Shown: positions 59,266 to 64,000 of the stretch, one piece after another
How the letters are laid out: each line of letters opens with the position of its first letter
Numbering within the stretch: the first letter of the stretch is position 1
Assembly (NCBI GenBank): GCA_011364905.1
Contig: RDNZ01000005.1
Span: 49,313 to 113,312, forward strand
Reading direction: 5' to 3'
Source: Candidatus Thorarchaeota archaeon
GTDB taxonomy: Archaea > Asgardarchaeota > Thorarchaeia > Thorarchaeales > Thorarchaeaceae
Length of the DNA stretch: 64,000 bases
Notes under the pieces: model-generated
Told to the model about the DNA's origin: nothing
Database searches by the model: none
The model's input: only the letters and a program-made list of their open reading frames with translations
Position numbers and translations under genes: made by a program

Positions 59266-59832
59266 ATGAAGAACTTTGTTGGTGGGTTTATAGCAGTCAT
59301 AATAGGTTCTCTAGCTATCACAATACTTCTTCAACTTCCTCCACCAATCTATCCAGAGCCATTCAACGACATCTGGTATATTCTAGCAGGAAGTAGTGCC
59401 CTCCAGAAGACCTTGCTCAGTCCTGCCCCAGCACCCACTATAATCCTCTATTTTGTTTCATGGATCATAATTGGCTTGATAATAGGTCTGTTTTCCAAGC
59501 CCGGTTGGAATACCCTCAGATCAGCAATCTGGGTCGGTCTAATCTGCGCAATCTTCGCTCTAATTTCGCTCCTTCTTTTGAAACCTGATTTTTGGAACAG
59601 CTCCAGTAGAAACATAGAATTGCTCTTGCAGTTCTCCACCTCGCTGGTTCTGTCAGTGCTCTCGTTATTCTCAGGAGTTCCAATAGCAATGATTGTCGAG
59701 AAACTCGGAATTGAATCTGAAACGCCAATACCCTCCAAAATTGAAACAATATGCGAGTGTGGTGCGGTTTTCAAGTCCAAACCATTGATGTGCTCTGAGT
59801 GCGGAAGACCATTGAATTTAGAAAATGAGTGA
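59266..59832 (+). CDS. 4-TM membrane protein with C-terminal zinc ribbon
   Basis: ATG 59266; hydrophobic helices; CECG...CSECG. Confidence 0.75.
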   Translation: MKNFVGGFIAVIIGSLAITILLQLPPPIYPEPFNDIWYILAGSSALQKTLLSPAPAPTIILYFVSWIIIGLIIGLFSKPGWNTLRSAIWVGLICAIFALISLLLLKPDFWNSSSRNIELLLQFSTSLVLSVLSLFSGVPIAMIVEKLGIESETPIPSKIETICECGAVFKSKPLMCSECGRPLNLENE

Positions 59833-60366
59833 TCATCGGTCTCTGGTTATTGCTCCTCCAAGAAGACCACCAATAGCGCAGGCAATGGCAGGATAGACTG
59901 TACCTTCAAGTGCCGCTTGCATTATAATGAGAGAGCCTTGCTGGAAAATTGCCATTATACCTGTGCTGGCAAAGGAGGGACTTATCATGAAGAATAGCAG
60001 CCATGTGAGAAAGGCACCAACGATGGCGGAGAATACTGCAGATAGAATACCAGGGAATATTTCCTTAGTCATTAATCCAGCAACAAGACCGCCAATACCC
60101 CATGCGAGCCACATAAGAACTGTCCCGCCCGGAGCACCATATCCGACCAAAGAACCCAAACTGGTGGAACCAAGCAAAGCAGGGGCAGGAAACAGGATAG
60201 TACCAGTAACGGCGAGACGTATCTCAAGTTCGTTAGTGACGAGAAAATCATCTACAATTGTGGATGCTATAAGGTCGTTTGGCATGATTGATCCAAACAT
60301 CAACACTATGAAGGTCACTGCAAATGCTGTTATCAGTCCCAATAGCGTGCCTAATCCTTGACCCAA
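59833..60366 (-). CDS. Gly-rich multi-TM membrane protein
   Basis: GGAGGA SD, TTG start; WGIGGLVAGL, GGLLGG. Confidence 0.75.
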   Translation of the reverse strand: MGQGLGTLLGLITAFAVTFIVLMFGSIMPNDLIASTIVDDFLVTNELEIRLAVTGTILFPAPALLGSTSLGSLVGYGAPGGTVLMWLAWGIGGLVAGLMTKEIFPGILSAVFSAIVGAFLTWLLFFMISPSFASTGIMAIFQQGSLIIMQAALEGTVYPAIACAIGGLLGGAITRDR

Positions 60367-60462
60367 TTGAGGTCCTCCATATGCAATGGTTGTATATCCC
60401 TATTTCCAGTTATTATGTTTTATACCTATGCGGGATGGTTAGCTTGAAGTATTCATGAAGCC

Positions 60463-60966
60463 TTACAGGAGAGTGAGAGTCCATGTACATACTTCATCGC
60501 CTAGTGCCCTACACGATTCCTGAAAACTCTCTGCTTGGAAACCTCTGAGCTTCATGACTGCATCAAACACGCCGCTCACAATAACGCAATATTGCAGACC
60601 AGGCATATCCGTTATATGCACTCCAGAACAAATCGGGCAATCATCGTCAGTGAACTTTATTGTTCTCTTGTCCTCACTCACCCAGATATCAGAGAATTCT
60701 TGTCCCGAATTCACTTTGTATGCCAACTGGAGAGTGTTGGCAAACTCGTGGAACTTGCCAGCGTGTTCTCGAATTCTTTCAGCATAGTCCATCAGCAGGG
60801 TTTCTCCAACCCGAAAACCGATGTCTTTCATCTTCCGGTTTATCTCATCAACACTGGCACTCGTGCTCATGAGAAGATTCATCAATTCGCGATAACTAGC
60901 CTGAAACAGGACTTTTGAGACCTTAGGGGTCATCGCGAACCAAGCAATACGTCCTTTAATTCCCAT
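60463..60966 (-). CDS. TRAPP Bet3-family-like (V4R-related) protein
   Basis: KVSKVLFQASY...VDEINRKMKDIGFRVGETLL, DCPIC, YCVIVSGVF, SCRALGDEVC; paralog of 57616-58089. Confidence 0.75.
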   Translation of the reverse strand: MGIKGRIAWFAMTPKVSKVLFQASYRELMNLLMSTSASVDEINRKMKDIGFRVGETLLMDYAERIREHAGKFHEFANTLQLAYKVNSGQEFSDIWVSEDKRTIKFTDDDCPICSGVHITDMPGLQYCVIVSGVFDAVMKLRGFQAESFQESCRALGDEVCTWTLTLL

Positions 60967-60987
60967 TTATCTATTCAACCTCCGTTA

Positions 60988-61968
60988 TCAGAATCGTGAC
61001 GCTTTATCAGTGCGGACGATTTTGACTGATTTCCCGCGATAGGGAAGGATTGTTTGTAGCGCTTCGAAATAGGGTATACCGAGTTCGGTGGCAATCTCCT
61101 GAAGCGTTCTCTTTCCATCGCACAGCTCGAGTATTGTGCGATCCTTCTTCTTGACCTTATCGATGTTTCCTTCGAAAACAGGGAGCTCAATAATCTCTTT
61201 CTGACTTGGCTCTTGCTCCTCAGGGCATTCAACCCAGAGGACTCCATGCGAGATGCACCATTCAACAATCTGGATGATCTTTTCCATTGGTCGGGCAAGA
61301 TGTTCAGCCAGCATATAAACAGTCATCTTTTCATCAACAACCAGAAGAACATCAACTCCGACATTAGCGAATTCACGCTTGATGGAAGTGTTGAGCTTAG
61401 TGTCCAAAGTGACAGAGTCTCTGTAATTCTCACCTCTATGAACCACACATCCATGTCGTACTTCGACAGGTTCCTCAGTTGGCTCCGCTTGGATTCCGAT
61501 AGGTGCTGTTTCAGACGGAGCGCTTGGCATTGATGTACTTTCAACAACATCATGTTGCATTTCAGGCATGGTTGACTCGACATCAACTGATGATTCTTTC
61601 TCCAGATTAGGAGTCACTTCCTCTTCTTCACTCAGGCCAGTTGGAGGCGGAGGCAAGTCAACTTCCATAAGAAGATCGACAACAGCCTTGGTTCTAGAGA
61701 GTGCGCCTCCAAGCTGAAAGTCAGGCTCGAAAAGAACTGCTAGCACCCATTTCGGATTAACTCTTGCGAGTATGACTATTCCCTGATTTGTCATGATGTT
61801 TACGAGCTTTAGGTCACTTCCGTGAATTCTAAGAGTTCCCTTGATTTGAGGAAGTACTTCATCCGGCAATGAGAACGATAGGAATGGATGGCCATCACTG
61901 GTAATGAGTGCGTACCCATTAACTGATTCATCAAATTTCAGTTTGGTAAGTACTCGTTCCAGTTGCAC
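60988..61968 (-). CDS. Roadblock-like domain + linker + two winged-helix domains (paralog of 58113-59120)
   Basis: GTG start at 61968; LERVLTKLKFDESVNGYALITSDGHPFLSFSLPDE, LPPPP, CDGKRTLQEIATEL. Confidence 0.72.
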   Translation of the reverse strand: MQLERVLTKLKFDESVNGYALITSDGHPFLSFSLPDEVLPQIKGTLRIHGSDLKLVNIMTNQGIVILARVNPKWVLAVLFEPDFQLGGALSRTKAVVDLLMEVDLPPPPTGLSEEEEVTPNLEKESSVDVESTMPEMQHDVVESTSMPSAPSETAPIGIQAEPTEEPVEVRHGCVVHRGENYRDSVTLDTKLNTSIKREFANVGVDVLLVVDEKMTVYMLAEHLARPMEKIIQIVEWCISHGVLWVECPEEQEPSQKEIIELPVFEGNIDKVKKKDRTILELCDGKRTLQEIATELGIPYFEALQTILPYRGKSVKIVRTDKASRF

Positions 61969-62014
61969 CGGCCATACACCTAACCTTGCGTTACAAATAC
62001 AAATGCTATGGAAG

Positions 62015-63124
62015 TCACTGAACTTTAAGTAGCTTTGTACCATCTACTGATAGAAGCGGACTAGACTCTAGAAATTCAGCTATATCAGATATCTTGGGAT
62101 GTGTAGCTGAAACTGAGGAAACATAGAGAGTCGCGACTGCATTAGCAAGAATTAGGCGATCTTGAGGTGGGAGAGCCAAAAGCGTACCGTAAATGTCGCC
62201 TGCGTTCCAAGCATCTCCTGCCCCACAGACAACATGACTCTCAGCAACAAATGTTGGAACAGCACACACCTCGTCGCCACTGATTGTTGCTGAGTAATAA
62301 GGAGAATGAAAATCAACTCTAACTCCAGTTTCATCTGCAATGAGCTTAGCGCCCACAAGCCAAAGTTCTGGCTTTGCTGGCATGTTTTTCCAGCGTTCAC
62401 AATCACCGGTTAATGTCTGAGCAATCCAGCCCACCTCATTCTCATTGACGCTTAAGATGTCAAGAAGGTCCCTTTTGATTACCCTTTCAATATGTTGAGG
62501 GACTATTTGGGGATTGCCTGAAGGATCTCCCAAGTCCATGAAGGTCAAAGCATCGGAAGTATCTTTTATCATTTCAAAGAGGTCATGAGCGAGGTCTGCG
62601 CCTTTTAGATTGTGATTCAAGTTCACCAGTGCTATAAGTCCACAACCCTTGATGATATCAATGTCCTCGCTTGTGAGCTCTGAAAACGAAAATTCGGAAG
62701 CTGACCCGCTGTCGCTGATCATCAAGTTGACTTTTCTGTTCTTATACTTCGTTTCGATAGAAACTGTGGATGAGAGACGACCATCAGTGTGAACATGACT
62801 CAAGTCTACACTAGGGTCAGCAAGAGCTTTTAGAAGAGATTCACCATAATTGTCAGTAGTTGCAATGAGTCTTGGACTGAGACCCAATGAAAGCAGAGCA
62901 GATACCGTATTTACTGCATTCCCTCCCTTCCGAATGAACTGCTTATTGTTGAGAAGGTTCCCACCACCCTGTTCTGCAAGTCGCTTCAATTCATCAATGA
63001 GGGACTCTAATGAGTCATACACTACGAAGTGGTCAACAAAAAAATCAGGGAGCACCACCGGATATTTCACCGATGGAGGATTCAGAAGCACTGATGTGAG
63101 TTGAGCATAGTCCAACTCGCTCAT
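62015..63124 (-). CDS. PfkB-family carbohydrate kinase
   Basis: GGNAVN, SVNENE, CGAGDAWNAG. Confidence 0.85.
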   Translation of the reverse strand: MSELDYAQLTSVLLNPPSVKYPVVLPDFFVDHFVVYDSLESLIDELKRLAEQGGGNLLNNKQFIRKGGNAVNTVSALLSLGLSPRLIATTDNYGESLLKALADPSVDLSHVHTDGRLSSTVSIETKYKNRKVNLMISDSGSASEFSFSELTSEDIDIIKGCGLIALVNLNHNLKGADLAHDLFEMIKDTSDALTFMDLGDPSGNPQIVPQHIERVIKRDLLDILSVNENEVGWIAQTLTGDCERWKNMPAKPELWLVGAKLIADETGVRVDFHSPYYSATISGDEVCAVPTFVAESHVVCGAGDAWNAGDIYGTLLALPPQDRLILANAVATLYVSSVSATHPKISDIAEFLESSPLLSVDGTKLLKVQ

Positions 63125-63148
63125 CTCCATGGCACGACCCAGTCTGCT

Positions 63149-63601
63149 CTATACTTTCTTAAGAGCCGCTTTCACCATTTTGGTAATCCGGTCCTCATCG
63201 ATGCCTGTCTTTTTGGCAACCTTTGAAATGTCACAATACGCAAGGTCTTCGAAGGTCTTGATGCCTGCTTTCACAAGGAGTGGGACTTCGGTTTTGTTGA
63301 CTGCACGAAGAGAACCCAGGTCATCTGCTGGTGCAGCTGCCTTAGCCTTTGTAGGTTCGGTCTCCTCAGCCATTGAGGCAACGAGGTCTTCAAGGTCCTT
63401 CATGTATTGCTTAAGTGCAGCAACATTCTCTGGATGGACAGTCTTTCTCTTTATATCTACAATCAAGCCCATACGCCGAGCCTCGTCAACGGTGAGTCCT
63501 GCTTGTGAGGTCTCTTCCTTACTAAATCCACGACCTCTCCTTGGACGAGCATCTCGTAGAGACTTTACAGTTGGCTCAGCAATAATATCAAAGCTCATCA
63601 A
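63149..63601 (-). CDS. rpl13e: 50S ribosomal protein L13e fused to a C-terminal HhH domain
   Basis: RRGRGFSKEE...AGL...AR.MGL.VD.KRKTVHPENV; C-terminal LVKAGIKTFEDLA...KTGIDEDRI. Confidence 0.85.
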   Translation of the reverse strand: MMSFDIIAEPTVKSLRDARPRRGRGFSKEETSQAGLTVDEARRMGLIVDIKRKTVHPENVAALKQYMKDLEDLVASMAEETEPTKAKAAAPADDLGSLRAVNKTEVPLLVKAGIKTFEDLAYCDISKVAKKTGIDEDRITKMVKAALKKV

Positions 63602-63723
63602 TCATTCACCTGACTCGGGTTCGAGCCTCCAGTCGGCTTATTAGGCTTTCGAGATGGCAGTGATTCACACATCTCACAGAAACAATGTGCGCTATACCAT
63701 TTACGTAATCAAGATGCAAGTAT

Positions 63724-64000
63724 TCAATAGAAAAGGGTCACCGATTCTTCCGCTCCTAGTGCAATGACTATCACTACCAGCCATGCCAACAAAACCATGC
63801 CCCAGTCGGATAATGTTCTGTAGATTCCTGAGGATTCAGGCAATCGGAGATCAAGATACATTAGTGGAACAGGTGGACTGAACATAATAAAGAAGATAAC
63901 TGGATTACCAGCAATCATTGGATTGTAAGGTAGACTTCCCTGTATTATCCCAATAATGTTGATTGAAACACCAATAACCAGAAACACAATGTAAAGACCA
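63724..64000 (-). CDS. Membrane protein, C-terminal fragment (5' end outside window)
   Basis: Frame open to the window edge; hydrophobic helices. Confidence 0.55.
   Translation of the reverse strand, partial: GLYIVFLVIGVSINIIGIIQGSLPYNPMIAGNPVIFFIMFSPPVPLMYLDLRLPESSGIYRTLSDWGMVLLAWLVVIVIALGAEESVTLFY

Noticed and set aside
1-64000. Mobile elements, prophage, CRISPR-Cas or defence islands, including integration at tRNA-Gln
   Set aside because: No integrase, transposase, cas or capsid motifs were recognised, and no duplicated tRNA 3' end was noticed.

Overview
Gene-dense 64-kb segment of an archaeal chromosome, almost certainly an Asgard archaeon and most consistent with Thorarchaeia. This is inferred from gene content, not from a search. 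Housekeeping genes: tetraether lipid synthase (partial), IleRS with a swapped GIHH signature, an EF-2 with HTG instead of HRG located outside the ribosomal operon, tRNA-Gln(CUG), a four-gene CoA operon (PoK-PPS-KPR-CoaBC), RtcB, Tmk, XPF, Ino1, CCA-adding enzyme, S26e, TrmY, class I LysRS and L13e. selD is a selenoprotein with an in-frame UGA that the ORF track truncates. Mixed in are many eukaryote-like signalling/trafficking genes: four small GTPases (MglA-like, a Gln-to-Leu switch-II variant, an Arf-like protein with a very long acidic tail, and a Rab-like protein), roadblock and longin-like proteins, and a SNAP-like/PCI protein. The most striking protein-coding observation is a duplicated cassette pairing a roadblock-wHTH protein with a TRAPP Bet3-like protein (about 57.0-62.0 kb), a candidate proto-TRAPP module. 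The most striking non-coding observations are two unannotated, promoter- and terminator-flanked structured RNA candidates (10299-10386 and about 32120-32388), plus structured leaders upstream of ileS and the EF-2 gene. No CRISPR array, transposase or prophage was recognised. All family calls come from motif recognition by eye.
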